A stretch of DNA of 64,000 nucleotides from positions 641,319-705,318 of the forward strand of contig CAZVTT010000001.1 in the NCBI GenBank assembly GCA_964629685.1, in the 5' to 3' direction. Every line of letters begins with the position of its first letter. Position 1 is the stretch's first letter. This DNA is from an uncultured Gammaproteobacteria bacterium. Lineage in GTDB: Bacteria; Patescibacteriota; Microgenomatia; UBA10105; UBA927. Below are positions 19,948 through 29,785 of this stretch, piece by piece. Made by a program: the position numbers and the translations under genes. The notes beneath the pieces are model-generated. The model searched no databases. It saw nothing but the letters and a program-made list of their open reading frames with translations, and was not told the DNA's origin.

Positions 19948-20603
19948 ACGGCAGCGCGTTTCCGGAGTTGTTTGGCAATAGGAATAGATAATCGCAGCAA
20001 AATAACCACCAACGCATATGTGCTAAGCATCAACCTCGGTGGCGGAAGTCCTCCGGGATGTAAGAGCCAACCTAGCCAAATTTCATGTTCCAGTACAATC
20101 GCTCTACAAATTAGTAATGCATACGCCACATACCCCATGCTCATAATAAGGTGCCATCGTTTTGAACCGAGCATTCGGATAACCTTCACATTTGATGAAA
20201 TTGTCATAAGAGATAGGATAGTCATGGCAAGTAATCCCAGCAATACTTCCGGTTCATACCACCGAAAAAGGAGTCCGGGGCCATACAAATCGGGATAGAT
20301 AAAAATGAGCAGAACGGAATAGAGTAAGGCCAGATAATATCCTACTAATCCAAAATATTTTCGATAAATAATCGTTTTATCAAATATATTCGTATAAAAA
20401 CAGATACCGGATAATGCAAACGATAATCCTATAAGCAATCCCCCCGTAAGGGCAATTGCCGTAACAACCGGCAATATAGAAAAATTACTGCTGTACAGTA
20501 GTGTATAACTCAGGGCATAAACGAATACGAGTAGGGTTGCCGCGAACGTACGGCGCCAATATTGTTGCGTTATCTGTTGGGTTGATATGGATTGTGCAGA
20601 CAT
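19944..20603 (-). CDS. Polytopic membrane protein, possibly a ferric-reductase-like/MsrQ-like TM domain
   Basis: About 6 TM helices with conserved His in the helices (RWHLIMSMGYVAY, LEHEIWLGWLLHPGG). This is a weak resemblance only. Confidence 0.35.
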   Translation of the reverse strand: MSAQSISTQQITQQYWRRTFAATLLVFVYALSYTLLYSSNFSILPVVTAIALTGGLLIGLSFALSGICFYTNIFDKTIIYRKYFGLVGYYLALLYSVLLIFIYPDLYGPGLLFRWYEPEVLLGLLAMTILSLMTISSNVKVIRMLGSKRWHLIMSMGYVAYALLICRAIVLEHEIWLGWLLHPGGLPPPRLMLSTYALVVILLRLSIPIAKQLRKRAAV

Positions 20604-20955
20604 ATACGTACATCTATAGTATCAATTGTCGTCAGTCGTTGACAGTATGTTCCACTGCAGATAGGCTAAAAGTATGGATAGTGTTCACGCGTTAAAGTTG
20701 GTTGAACGGAAAAGACATCAATATTTACGCCGGTATGGTACATCGCCAGCAGCAGATTTGGTGAACTCCGGAAATAAACTTCGGGTTACCGCTTCCGTTT
20801 TAGGATTATTGCTTGGCCTGGTGTTTGCACTAACTGTTAGTGTATTTAGCATTATTTACCAGCGACAGATTGTTTCAGGGTTTTCTTCAGCACCCACAGT
20901 AAGTGGAGTTACCACATCCAGATAAATTGGAATGAGTTGTAATTCTTAGGTAACC

Positions 20956-21615
20956 ATGGTACGTTATGCGTACTTTCACCTAATACGTATGAAGCCGAAA
21001 AAAATACTCTATATTATTCGTCACGGAGATGTTTCTAATCCGAAAGGTACCGTATACGGCAGGGAATATGACATACCGCTTTCTCCCGATGGTGTATCTC
21101 AGATTTCGCGTTTAGCCAGCGCTGTCGGTTCATTGCGTGAAATACCGGCATATATGTACGCAAGTCCTTTATTACGGACAAAACAGACTGTGGATGCGTT
21201 AGTGGATGTCTGGGGAGATATCCCTGTCGAGTATAGGTCGGAATTATTGGAGACCGACTCGGAGGGGTTTGCCGGTCGACCACTCGAATGGGCGCACAGT
21301 TTGACCGATGCATACAGAAACCCGAAAAAAGATTACAAAATAGAAGATCCCGCCGCCATCGTAGACCGTATGTTAGTGGTAGTGCATGAAGCTTTGTCCC
21401 GGGGTGATTTTCAAGTCAGTGCCATTGTTAGTCATGGAGATCCCATAGCGTTCACCGTAGATGCTTTGCTGCATCCCGGTAAGCCATTACGCTCTATTGC
21501 CGAATTACGGGAAGATACGTATTTACAGCGCGGCCAAGCGTGGAGACTCGTGTGTAATGAGTCTTCTCAGGTGATTGCCAGGTCTGTAGTTAGTGGACTA
21601 AAGCCGCGGGTGTAG
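20956..21615 (+). CDS. Histidine phosphatase family protein (phosphoglycerate-mutase-like)
   Basis: The RHG catalytic motif is present (ILYIIRHGDVSNP). The protein is 219 aa. Confidence 0.7.
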   Translation: MVRYAYFHLIRMKPKKILYIIRHGDVSNPKGTVYGREYDIPLSPDGVSQISRLASAVGSLREIPAYMYASPLLRTKQTVDALVDVWGDIPVEYRSELLETDSEGFAGRPLEWAHSLTDAYRNPKKDYKIEDPAAIVDRMLVVVHEALSRGDFQVSAIVSHGDPIAFTVDALLHPGKPLRSIAELREDTYLQRGQAWRLVCNESSQVIARSVVSGLKPRV

Positions 21616-23197
21616 AAATCGGCTGTTCTTTGCATGATAATTGATTTCTGGTAGATTCTACCATTGCCTTTGTTTCTTCAAAATTTACCACCCATCCGGT
21701 TCCCCGGACACTTTTATAAAGTGTCTGCACGAACATTCTCCCGTGTTCATCATATAACTCAGGAAATCCCTGATATGTTTCTATATTTCTCGAATAGGCC
21801 GTAATCTGTCGTTCCGCATCTGTAAGAAATCGGATATCGCAGGTTTCCTGATATATTCTGGTAAGTAATTTGGTATATTCCATACCCCAGTGGCTCCAGA
21901 TGGCGGACGAAGCATATGATGGAGCAAACAGCTTTACCATGACATGTAAGGTATCCTTTTGGGTTTGAGGTTGGTATTTTAAGCCGAATGGCTGATCAAG
22001 TTTATTGGCCTGAATATATTCCACTGATTTCTTAGCGTATTCAAGTTCTATTGGATTTGATAAATCCAGAAATCCGGTCATGACGGCAATCAGCCAGTCC
22101 GATGAATAATTATCCGAAACGGCCCCACTGCCGAGTTCTTCAAGAAAATATCCTTCCCGGGAAGTCCAGAATTTTTCCAATATGCGTTTTTTTGTTTCTG
22201 CTAACATCGTGGGATCACTTTTAGCAATCCCTAACCGTTGAGCCAGTTCAATAGTTCTCCAGAGTATAACGTTGTCGTAAAAAGCCTGGGTTCGTTCAAC
22301 CGAATCTTTTGTTCCCGATAATACACTGGTATTGTTAATGAGTCCCGTGGCGGGATCGCGGAACGTATTTATATAAATATCGTAGTGCCGTTCAAGAGTC
22401 GTTTTGTATGTTTGCATAAGCGTTTCTGCCGCTTTTTTTGTTTGTAGCTTAACCCCGATTTGATTCCCCGGTGGGTAAGGATATATCCGGCTTAGTTGTT
22501 CTTTATCTGTCATGATCGCTAGCGCATATAAAATACTGTAGAGGGTATCCGATGCAGGACTGTATATATCCAGTAAACTTACTTCTCTGGGACCGACAGG
22601 TACTATAGTAGTAGTCATACGATCACTTTTAGAAAACGTCTCCAGTGCATATGCTGTCGTTTTTAAATACATGATTTGTCTGTGCTCCCAATCCGTTTGG
22701 TTAATGGCGGTACGGGGATCAAGGATAGAATTATAAAAAATTCCGAGTGAGCGGGGATATAACACGCTAAAATGATCTCCGGAAATAATATACGGTTCAG
22801 ACGGGTTAAACCGCAGCGCATGAATTCTGGCGATAATTTCCGGAATAGTTTTTCCATGTGCTTGTGTACCACCAACTACCCGCGTAACAAAAATATGCCA
22901 TCCGGATTTAATTTCAGCGATTTTGGCACTGGCTTTATCATCATAAACTTCCAGCTGAAATCTTGGTGTAATGGTTAACTGGTTGTCCGGATCTATGGAG
23001 ACAAAAAACGGATCTTTAATAACGGAGAATCTGGTAAATGGATTGGTTAGATATGAAAAAATACCGACAATGAATACCAATATGACCAATGATTGGTTTG
23101 CTCTGCGGAATCTTCGTCGTCGTTTCGGTCTTATGTCCGGATGTGCAGTATGTGCTTCATTATCCATGTTCTCTATTATACATAAGCTAAACTTCAA
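21590..23197 (-). CDS. Hypothetical membrane-anchored protein (possibly an alpha/alpha-toroid glycosidase-like fold)
   Basis: A 535-aa ORF with an N-terminal TM helix after a basic stretch. No motif was confidently recognised. Confidence 0.4.
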   Translation of the reverse strand: MKFSLCIIENMDNEAHTAHPDIRPKRRRRFRRANQSLVILVFIVGIFSYLTNPFTRFSVIKDPFFVSIDPDNQLTITPRFQLEVYDDKASAKIAEIKSGWHIFVTRVVGGTQAHGKTIPEIIARIHALRFNPSEPYIISGDHFSVLYPRSLGIFYNSILDPRTAINQTDWEHRQIMYLKTTAYALETFSKSDRMTTTIVPVGPREVSLLDIYSPASDTLYSILYALAIMTDKEQLSRIYPYPPGNQIGVKLQTKKAAETLMQTYKTTLERHYDIYINTFRDPATGLINNTSVLSGTKDSVERTQAFYDNVILWRTIELAQRLGIAKSDPTMLAETKKRILEKFWTSREGYFLEELGSGAVSDNYSSDWLIAVMTGFLDLSNPIELEYAKKSVEYIQANKLDQPFGLKYQPQTQKDTLHVMVKLFAPSYASSAIWSHWGMEYTKLLTRIYQETCDIRFLTDAERQITAYSRNIETYQGFPELYDEHGRMFVQTLYKSVRGTGWVVNFEETKAMVESTRNQLSCKEQPISTPAALVH

Positions 23198-23275
23198 AAA
23201 TATGGAGTATATATTATTTGAATTAGATTGATATAATGCCTATAATCCATCTTGAAACACGGTAGCAGTTAGCCT

Positions 23276-24478
23276 ATGGCCATTCAGCATGAGCGCCATC
23301 AAGATAATGTTCTGCCACCCTCCTCCGGTCGTGAACCCCGGTCCGTTAATCTCTCCCGGTCGGATTCGGATAGAGGAGTCTATCCCGGATTTGCACCCAT
23401 TGAAGAATTAGAAGCCAGGTTGAATGAATATGTGGATACACACTCCGAGATTCCGGAAAAAGGAATCAGAGTCAGTGTTAATCATTACGAAGTAGCGCTT
23501 CCGCAGATATACGCGCAGTTAGGTTTTATTGATGATCCGAATCAAGTTACAGCAGAACTTGCTATAGCGCGGCAATCTACCGCAATGGGTGACAGAATCA
23601 AACAGGCATATACGTTATTTAGCGTTGTTCACCAAATGCGTAACGGAGCTACGGTGGATGATGTTCTTCGGTTCGGAGATGAATCAGCAAAAACACCATA
23701 CCGGACCGCAACAGCAAGTCTGGAGTTTCCCAAAAAGCTAACAATAGAAACACTGGCAGATGTATTTACTACGGCATGGAAACATTACCCTTACGTTCCT
23801 CCGGAAGGTTCGGAACAGAACTTAGTACTTTTTCAAAACATGGGTTTTTATGATCCGTTACCCTCCCGTCTGGCGAGAGCCAGAGAAGATATGTTTATCG
23901 AGAGCGGCGCATTGGCGTATATGTGTGCCAGGGCGCGGTTGAATTCATCGCTACAGTCCTGGGAGTTTAGGCCGGATGCGACCACATTTTTTCATGTACC
24001 TGTTGTAATAAATACGGATAATGGAGTTCAATTTACTACGGTAATAGACAGCCTGAGTGCAAAAAGATATGTAGGAGTAGGTCTGCCGGGATTACAGTTC
24101 CGTGATCTGCAGTTGGGTACTTCTGAGGGCTTAACCGGATTGGCTGCAGAAATCCGGCATCGGCAAGTGCAGACTGCCCATAGGGTCGGAGAGTATCTGA
24201 ATGGTTTATTGGAAAAAAGGGCGGTTTTAATAAAGCGTAATTCCGCACTCATCGTAAACCATGCAGCATTAACTTCACGACTGTATGAACAACCGGTGGA
24301 GTTCGCGAGAGTACTATGCTCTCCCCAGGGAGACTTGCATTGTATTATGGAAGAATCGCTGTCGGAAAACAGAGAGGAGTTTAATCGCTGGTTGCTGTGG
24401 TATACCAAAGCCGTACGTATTTTTAGTGAAAAATTACGTCCGCGCTTTTCCGACGTCCGCGAACAGTACCACTGGTAG
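23276..24478 (+). CDS. Hypothetical protein
   Basis: A 400-aa ORF with coding-like composition and no recognisable domain. Confidence 0.45.
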   Translation: MAIQHERHQDNVLPPSSGREPRSVNLSRSDSDRGVYPGFAPIEELEARLNEYVDTHSEIPEKGIRVSVNHYEVALPQIYAQLGFIDDPNQVTAELAIARQSTAMGDRIKQAYTLFSVVHQMRNGATVDDVLRFGDESAKTPYRTATASLEFPKKLTIETLADVFTTAWKHYPYVPPEGSEQNLVLFQNMGFYDPLPSRLARAREDMFIESGALAYMCARARLNSSLQSWEFRPDATTFFHVPVVINTDNGVQFTTVIDSLSAKRYVGVGLPGLQFRDLQLGTSEGLTGLAAEIRHRQVQTAHRVGEYLNGLLEKRAVLIKRNSALIVNHAALTSRLYEQPVEFARVLCSPQGDLHCIMEESLSENREEFNRWLLWYTKAVRIFSEKLRPRFSDVREQYHW

Positions 24479-25103
24479 TAGCATTCCGTAAATTCCGCGT
24501 GGCTATGGCTGTTGCCGTAAATTGAGTGCGATGCAGTGAAGTCATGCCGTGTTCAAGCACTGCATTTATGTGTGCCATTGTGCCGTAGCCGACGTTGGTA
24601 TCCCAACCATAATGGGGATACCGTTCATGATAGCCTTTCATTATGGCATCCCTGGTAACTTTGGCTATGACACTCGCAATCATAACCGGGAAAGTCGTGG
24701 CGTCTGCATCGACCTGCGTAATTATTTTAGCCTGCAGTACGCTATTTGCCATTTTCGGTGCCAGTTTTCCGTCTACGATATACGTATCTGCAGAAATGGT
24801 GCGGATGAGAGTTCTGAACGCCTCCATATTACAAACGCCAATTCCATGAATATTTATCCGGGTAACCGGATAGACGAGTACCGCATTCTCTACGTTTAAA
24901 TCGCCAAGAAATTTAACCAACGTTTCACGTTGATTTACTGTTAGGCATTTACTATCTCGTATTTTAAGCCCGGATGTCTTAATTATTTTTTCCTGCATGT
25001 CTGTTAACACCACTGCTGCTGCCACAAATGGTCCGGCGATAGCTCCACGTCCCACTTCGTCCATTCCGCAGATACGAAATTGTTTTCTTGCTGCAATATT
25101 CAT
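24423..25103 (-). CDS. rnhB: Ribonuclease HII
   Basis: The N-terminus ICGMDEVGRGAIAGPFVAAAVVL matches the RNase HII GIDEAGRGPLAGP motif. Confidence 0.85.
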   Translation of the reverse strand: MNIAARKQFRICGMDEVGRGAIAGPFVAAAVVLTDMQEKIIKTSGLKIRDSKCLTVNQRETLVKFLGDLNVENAVLVYPVTRINIHGIGVCNMEAFRTLIRTISADTYIVDGKLAPKMANSVLQAKIITQVDADATTFPVMIASVIAKVTRDAIMKGYHERYPHYGWDTNVGYGTMAHINAVLEHGMTSLHRTQFTATAIATRNLRNATTSGTVRGRRKSADVIFH

Positions 25104-25156
25104 TTGCTATACACAATACAACCTGTTGGGTATACTTGCCAACAAGAGGTGAACCT

Positions 25157-26260
25157 ATGAAGCAGGACACGCGCGGAATAGACAGGAGTGCCATGTTTTA
25201 TTGGCAAGTTGATAGACCGTTTTCCGAAGACGAAGTGAAAACTATTTTTTTGGATAGGGCTAATACTGTTACCCAAAATGATGTAATCCGTATCGTAGAA
25301 TCGGGATTAATACAATTAAATCGTGCCGGAAAGGATGCAACGGTAGTACGTGTGTATGATCGCTTTGACAAGGGCAGCGTAAATTTAGTCTATCGGGTTG
25401 CCCTCCGGAATGGAGAGGAACTTATTGTCAGAATTCATCCGGGTAATATCCGTAACGGTTATTTTTGGGTAGAACGTGAAGCAACATGCTTAGCCCTGCA
25501 AGCTGGTGTTCCGACTTACACGACGTTATTAGTAGACGATTCCCGTGATCATGTGCCCTGTGATTTTATGTTGACTTCGTTGATACCCGGTGTAAACATG
25601 AAAAGTGCCGGTCCGTTCAGCTCTGAACTGGAATGGAAACTCGTGCGGGATACGGGAACCATACTCGGATTGCTGCACGGTATCCGGACGGAGAGATTCG
25701 GATTCTTCGATAACGAAATTGCTAAAAAAGAAAAAAAATTATTGGGAATTCACCAATACTGGAGTGAACATATCCTGGCAGCGTTACATACGAATCTGAA
25801 ATATTTACGCGACACGAATCTCCTTGACGGTTTACAGATCCGGACGGTAGAACAGTTGTTTTCCAAATATGACGATTTTATTGTTTGCGATCGACCGACT
25901 ATCGTGCAAAATGACGTAGCAGATTGGAACGAATTAACCGACGGAGAAAAAATTACTGGTTTAGTTGATTGGGATGAATGTTATTCGGGTGATCCGGTAT
26001 GTGAATTTGCAGCGTGGTCCGTATTTTATCCCTTAACCCGTATGGACGCGCTTAAAAACGGGTATCAGGATGTTCGACCATTACCGGATGGGTTTACGGA
26101 TAAATTTCACATCTATAGGTTACGATATATTGTCTCAAAGCTGGTTGGAAGAAAGAAAAAATTAATGAAGTCGGATAGTACGTTCATTGCTTCATTATTA
26201 TCGTATGGTATGGAAATTTTTCAGGAAGAAATACAGTGGTTTACCCGTAAGTCTGGTTAA
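25157..26260 (+). CDS. Phosphotransferase (APH/choline-kinase-like) family protein
   Basis: ATG 25157 is preceded by agaggtga. Kinase-like Brenner/DxD-like motifs are present (IVQNDVADWN, LVDWDECYSGD). Some catalytic residues may be substituted. Confidence 0.45.
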   Translation: MKQDTRGIDRSAMFYWQVDRPFSEDEVKTIFLDRANTVTQNDVIRIVESGLIQLNRAGKDATVVRVYDRFDKGSVNLVYRVALRNGEELIVRIHPGNIRNGYFWVEREATCLALQAGVPTYTTLLVDDSRDHVPCDFMLTSLIPGVNMKSAGPFSSELEWKLVRDTGTILGLLHGIRTERFGFFDNEIAKKEKKLLGIHQYWSEHILAALHTNLKYLRDTNLLDGLQIRTVEQLFSKYDDFIVCDRPTIVQNDVADWNELTDGEKITGLVDWDECYSGDPVCEFAAWSVFYPLTRMDALKNGYQDVRPLPDGFTDKFHIYRLRYIVSKLVGRKKKLMKSDSTFIASLLSYGMEIFQEEIQWFTRKSG

Positions 26261-26362
26261 GCTTTTGGATTGTAACAGCAGGCTTTATTCTGTTTCCAAT
26301 TAAATTACTTATTGACGTCATTCCCGGAGCATATTAGGGTAGTAACGTGAGGTATATTTTGT

Positions 26363-27514
26363 ATGCAAACACACACACAAGTCCAGCCCATCGAAGCGCC
26401 CGTGACGGATACTAAAAAATCGCTCAGACCGAGGGGAAGTACTGCCATGTTACCCCATGGTGGTCTTCCGGAAATTTTCCCGCCATATTTAGCAGCACTT
26501 ATAGAAAAAACCGGTGGTCCGGACGGACCTATCGGCCGTCAGTTCGTATCGCGTCCGGAGTTGGAACGTCAGTATTATGAAGTAGGGATGAAGGATCCGC
26601 TCATGGAAGACGAACATGAGATTGCGCCTGGACTGGTATACAAGTATCAGAGTAGTCTCAGTAACGGTAAAAAGAAAACGTTTCCGTATTACGGGCGGGC
26701 ACTTTGGACGATTACCAGACATTGTGCTGCGTATTGTCGTTTCTGCACACGTGGACGTGAAGTCGGTATTACCGCCAATATGGTAGGTACAAGCGATGCT
26801 GCCCTTTCACACACGCCGCATTTACTCATGGATCAAATCGAAGAGACATTGGCATTTATCGAAAAGCAACCCGGATTAAATGAAATTGTCCTGTCTGGGG
26901 GAGATCCGTTAACGGTTAATCCTAAAATATTACATCATGTGTTGGGACGTTTAGGGGATTTACAGCGGAAAGGAAAATTATCGATAGTGCGTATCGGTAC
27001 CAGAGTGCCGGTTCACAATCCGTTATTACTTCGCGAAGATCATTATTCCGCAATTAAGCAACTTCGGAATCCGCGAATGATGGTGCATATAAACCATCCC
27101 ATGGAGCTAACTCCGGAAACATTGGGTGTACTGGAACGATTCCGGCGCGATTGCGGAGGCGTGGTGATGAGTCAAACAGTGCTGCTCGCGGGTGTAAATG
27201 ATAAGGCGGAAACGTTATATGAATTATTTATGAAACTCGCCGGTGAGGGAGTAGTCCCGTATTATGTATTTCAGAACGATGCGGTTTATTGGGCTAAACA
27301 TTTTACCGTGCCGCTTCCCAAAGCTATAAAAATGTGGCAGGAATTACGGCCGAAATTATCCGGTGTGGCCGCTACTGCCAGGTTTGTTATTGATGTGGCT
27401 AAGGGATATGGAAAAATTCCGGTTCCGGAAGGAGATGCCTGGGAAGTCGATTACGAAAAAGGCTTCCGTGATTTTCAGGGGCAACAATTCTCGCTGGATT
27501 ATGCGGAAGGGTAG
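26363..27514 (+). CDS. KamA family radical SAM protein (lysine 2,3-aminomutase / EpmB-like)
   Basis: CAAYCRFCTRG is the KamA-type CxxxCxxC cluster motif. The protein is 383 aa, and a gtgaggt RBS precedes the start. Confidence 0.8.
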   Translation: MQTHTQVQPIEAPVTDTKKSLRPRGSTAMLPHGGLPEIFPPYLAALIEKTGGPDGPIGRQFVSRPELERQYYEVGMKDPLMEDEHEIAPGLVYKYQSSLSNGKKKTFPYYGRALWTITRHCAAYCRFCTRGREVGITANMVGTSDAALSHTPHLLMDQIEETLAFIEKQPGLNEIVLSGGDPLTVNPKILHHVLGRLGDLQRKGKLSIVRIGTRVPVHNPLLLREDHYSAIKQLRNPRMMVHINHPMELTPETLGVLERFRRDCGGVVMSQTVLLAGVNDKAETLYELFMKLAGEGVVPYYVFQNDAVYWAKHFTVPLPKAIKMWQELRPKLSGVAATARFVIDVAKGYGKIPVPEGDAWEVDYEKGFRDFQGQQFSLDYAEG

Positions 27515-27516
27515 TA

Positions 27517-29160
27517 TTATCTAACTTTATACACTTTAGCGTTACCGGATGAAAGCAGGAGCGGAAACGTATCCGCAAACCAATCATACGTCATCAAGTT
27601 TTTCTCCTTTTCGCCGATAATCACGTAATCAACGGAATATTTCCGTAACAAGTTTTTCGCATCAGGACTTCCTTTATAAATACTGATACTATCTTTTTCC
27701 CGTTCAGTTACCTCAAATCCGTGATTCTCCAGCCACGGCACGAAACCCAAAACAATCTGTCTGCCCAATACTAACCCGAGAAAGGTATTAGAAGGATCGG
27801 TGAGTACTACAGCGTCTACCGGAATTTGCGACCGTAACTTTTCCGCAAAAACGTATGTATCCCGGGTAAATAACGGATATTTCTGTTCATGAAAGCGAAA
27901 AAGGGACAGTATATCAATTGTTCCGGAAATTATTGCCAGATAAAGCAATAGCGTTGCCAGAATTTTTCGAATAGAGGAAGCGGAATTAAATAATTTTTGG
28001 AGAAAGTGTGCAACGAAACCAGCTGCAGCAATATACCAATATAAAAAGTACTTGCGGTTATCCCACGTAACTTCCTGAAATACAAATATATTCGCGATTA
28101 CAAACAGCAACATTAACGGTAATGTTGCTGTTCGGTATTTTTGTTCGGAAAATATCCAGGCTATCGGAATCATAATTGCCATTATTCCCAGATTATTAAA
28201 CCAAAACCAGATAAACGGAAGAATTCCGGGCGGAGACAACCAACCGGGAGCAAAGGTAATACTATGTGTTCCCAACCCGTGATAAATACCGTATATAATA
28301 CCAAAACTTCCTACGATTACCGGGAGAAAAAACCAAAACCAATGCAGTATGTTTTTGCGTGAATGTATCAGGATGATATAGACGGAATATATCAGGAACA
28401 CCGTAAATGAGTATATATGTACGAGCGGTAATATTCCCGCCACGATACCGGCTAATAGCAGTTTTTTTCGGGATGGAAACGCATTTGACTCCGTGCTGCG
28501 GAAAATAAATGTTATAAGTAGTAACGTTATGGGTAATCCGAGCAAAAATGGCCGCTGCGGAATCAGCTCCGCGGTAATAAAGTTTTCCCATACAATTCCG
28601 AATTGGTCGAGTTTGGTGTATTGGATAAGATCTTTTTGTACACCGAGAGCCGGGATTAAATGTAATTTTGCCAGACTGACCCATATAATCCCCAGTCCGC
28701 CATTACACAGGAATAGTGCCAATGCAATCCACGCAGTACGTTTATTTTTCCAAATTGTACGGTACCACAACACCAGTGCAAGTATGGTTGCCCACAGGGA
28801 TAAAATACTGGGAATAATCATGGCTGGTATCAGGGGTATACCTGTTTTCATCAGCATCCCGGAAATTAAATCAGCCGCAAAATGATACCGAAACGGAAGT
28901 CCGGAAAGCTGGGGATGCGTTAACAGCGGGAATGGCCGGTATGCAATATTTAAGGTGTAGGGAATATGAATCGTCCAGTCTGCCCATATGTACTTCCAGC
29001 CTGTCCAATAAACCGTACCGTCGTAGACAAGCATATTCTGCCAGAGTAAGGCGGTGAGGAAAAAGAGCAGGATGAGAATGAACGTTTCTTTTTTGGTTAA
29101 GCCCATACGTATACGGAAATTGCCACGCATGTAGTCATGATACGTAACTTTTCGACACAC
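27517..29160 (-). CDS. Large polytopic membrane protein, possibly a GT-C type glycosyltransferase (PMT/ArnT/YfhO-like)
   Basis: A 547-aa ORF with 12 or more predicted TM helices. It has a loop-rich N-terminal half and a soluble C-terminal domain. Only fold-level resemblance was seen. Confidence 0.4.
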   Translation of the reverse strand: MCRKVTYHDYMRGNFRIRMGLTKKETFILILLFFLTALLWQNMLVYDGTVYWTGWKYIWADWTIHIPYTLNIAYRPFPLLTHPQLSGLPFRYHFAADLISGMLMKTGIPLIPAMIIPSILSLWATILALVLWYRTIWKNKRTAWIALALFLCNGGLGIIWVSLAKLHLIPALGVQKDLIQYTKLDQFGIVWENFITAELIPQRPFLLGLPITLLLITFIFRSTESNAFPSRKKLLLAGIVAGILPLVHIYSFTVFLIYSVYIILIHSRKNILHWFWFFLPVIVGSFGIIYGIYHGLGTHSITFAPGWLSPPGILPFIWFWFNNLGIMAIMIPIAWIFSEQKYRTATLPLMLLFVIANIFVFQEVTWDNRKYFLYWYIAAAGFVAHFLQKLFNSASSIRKILATLLLYLAIISGTIDILSLFRFHEQKYPLFTRDTYVFAEKLRSQIPVDAVVLTDPSNTFLGLVLGRQIVLGFVPWLENHGFEVTEREKDSISIYKGSPDAKNLLRKYSVDYVIIGEKEKNLMTYDWFADTFPLLLSSGNAKVYKVR

Positions 29161-29189
29161 AACAAACCCCGGGGTAAACGGGGTTTGTT
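29161..29189 (-). terminator. Stem-loop 3' of hsp20 (candidate intrinsic terminator)
   Basis: An 11-bp perfect inverted repeat aacaaaccccg / cggggtttgtt with a 7-nt loop. On the minus-strand RNA the GC stem runs into UUUGUUGUGU. Confidence 0.3.
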
Positions 29190-29205
29190 GGTATCTAAAG
29201 TCGAA

Positions 29206-29613
29206 TTAAGAACTTTTGACTTGGATTTTTTTGGGTTGGGATACGGCAGATTTTGCAAACGCTACCGTCATAATCCCGTTCTTCATGGTAGCTTCCGGTT
29301 CTACTTTCAGATCTATATCACCCGGAACGGCTATCCGATAGGAAAAGGAACTGGTTGCTTTTCGGTAGTATTTTTTCTTTTCTACCACTTCCTTTGTTTC
29401 GCCCTTGATCCAAACGACGCCTTTATCAAAGGTGATTTCTACGTCATCTGAGACAACACCCGGAAGTGCTGCTTCTACATATACGTGTTTATCATCTTCG
29501 GAAATGGTTAAACCGCTCGGCTGATTTGCCGGCATATTCCAGTCTTCGTCGTCCCAAAATGACGGTAGGGAAGTCCCCCGCCAAAAAGCGCCGGGAACAA
29601 TATCGATTGCCAT
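29206..29613 (-). CDS. Hsp20/alpha-crystallin family small heat shock protein
   Basis: The alpha-crystallin domain is recognisable (EDDKHVYVEAALPGV...DVEITFDKGVVWIKGE...AVPGDID). The start was moved to the ATG preceded by aggaggtg. Confidence 0.85.
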   Translation of the reverse strand: MAIDIVPGAFWRGTSLPSFWDDEDWNMPANQPSGLTISEDDKHVYVEAALPGVVSDDVEITFDKGVVWIKGETKEVVEKKKYYRKATSSFSYRIAVPGDIDLKVEPEATMKNGIMTVAFAKSAVSQPKKIQVKSS

Positions 29614-29739
29614 AGTTTCACCTCCTTTCGTTTTATGAATAAAAGTATCGAAGAAATGATGATTTCGGCTAAGGCTCACCAAAACCCAACGAGTGAGTCC
29701 TAACCGGATCTGGTTTTGTGAAGTAGTGAAAACCAGTCC

Positions 29740-29766
29740 TTAGCAATCTTATATCATGAGTGCTAA
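29740..29766. promoter_or_regulatory. CIRCE-like inverted repeat (HrcA operator) upstream of hsp20
   Basis: TTAGCAATC-N9-GAGTGCTAA differs from the consensus TTAGCACTC-N9-GAGTGCTAA at one position. It lies about 125 nt upstream of the hsp20 start on the minus strand. Confidence 0.55.
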
Positions 29767-29785
29767 ATATCTGTCAAGACGGTAA

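Noticed and set aside
20674-20925. 83-aa ORF with one hydrophobic helix in the 350-bp gap between the membrane protein and the histidine phosphatase
   Set aside because: It has no RBS or conservation cue and a low-complexity start. It could be a real small membrane protein, but the evidence is insufficient.
29686-29722. Hairpin caaaacc-N24-ggttttg between the macB-like stop and the CIRCE element
   Set aside because: The stem is short, the loop is long, and there is no U-tract in either orientation. It is unlikely to be a terminator or a riboswitch.
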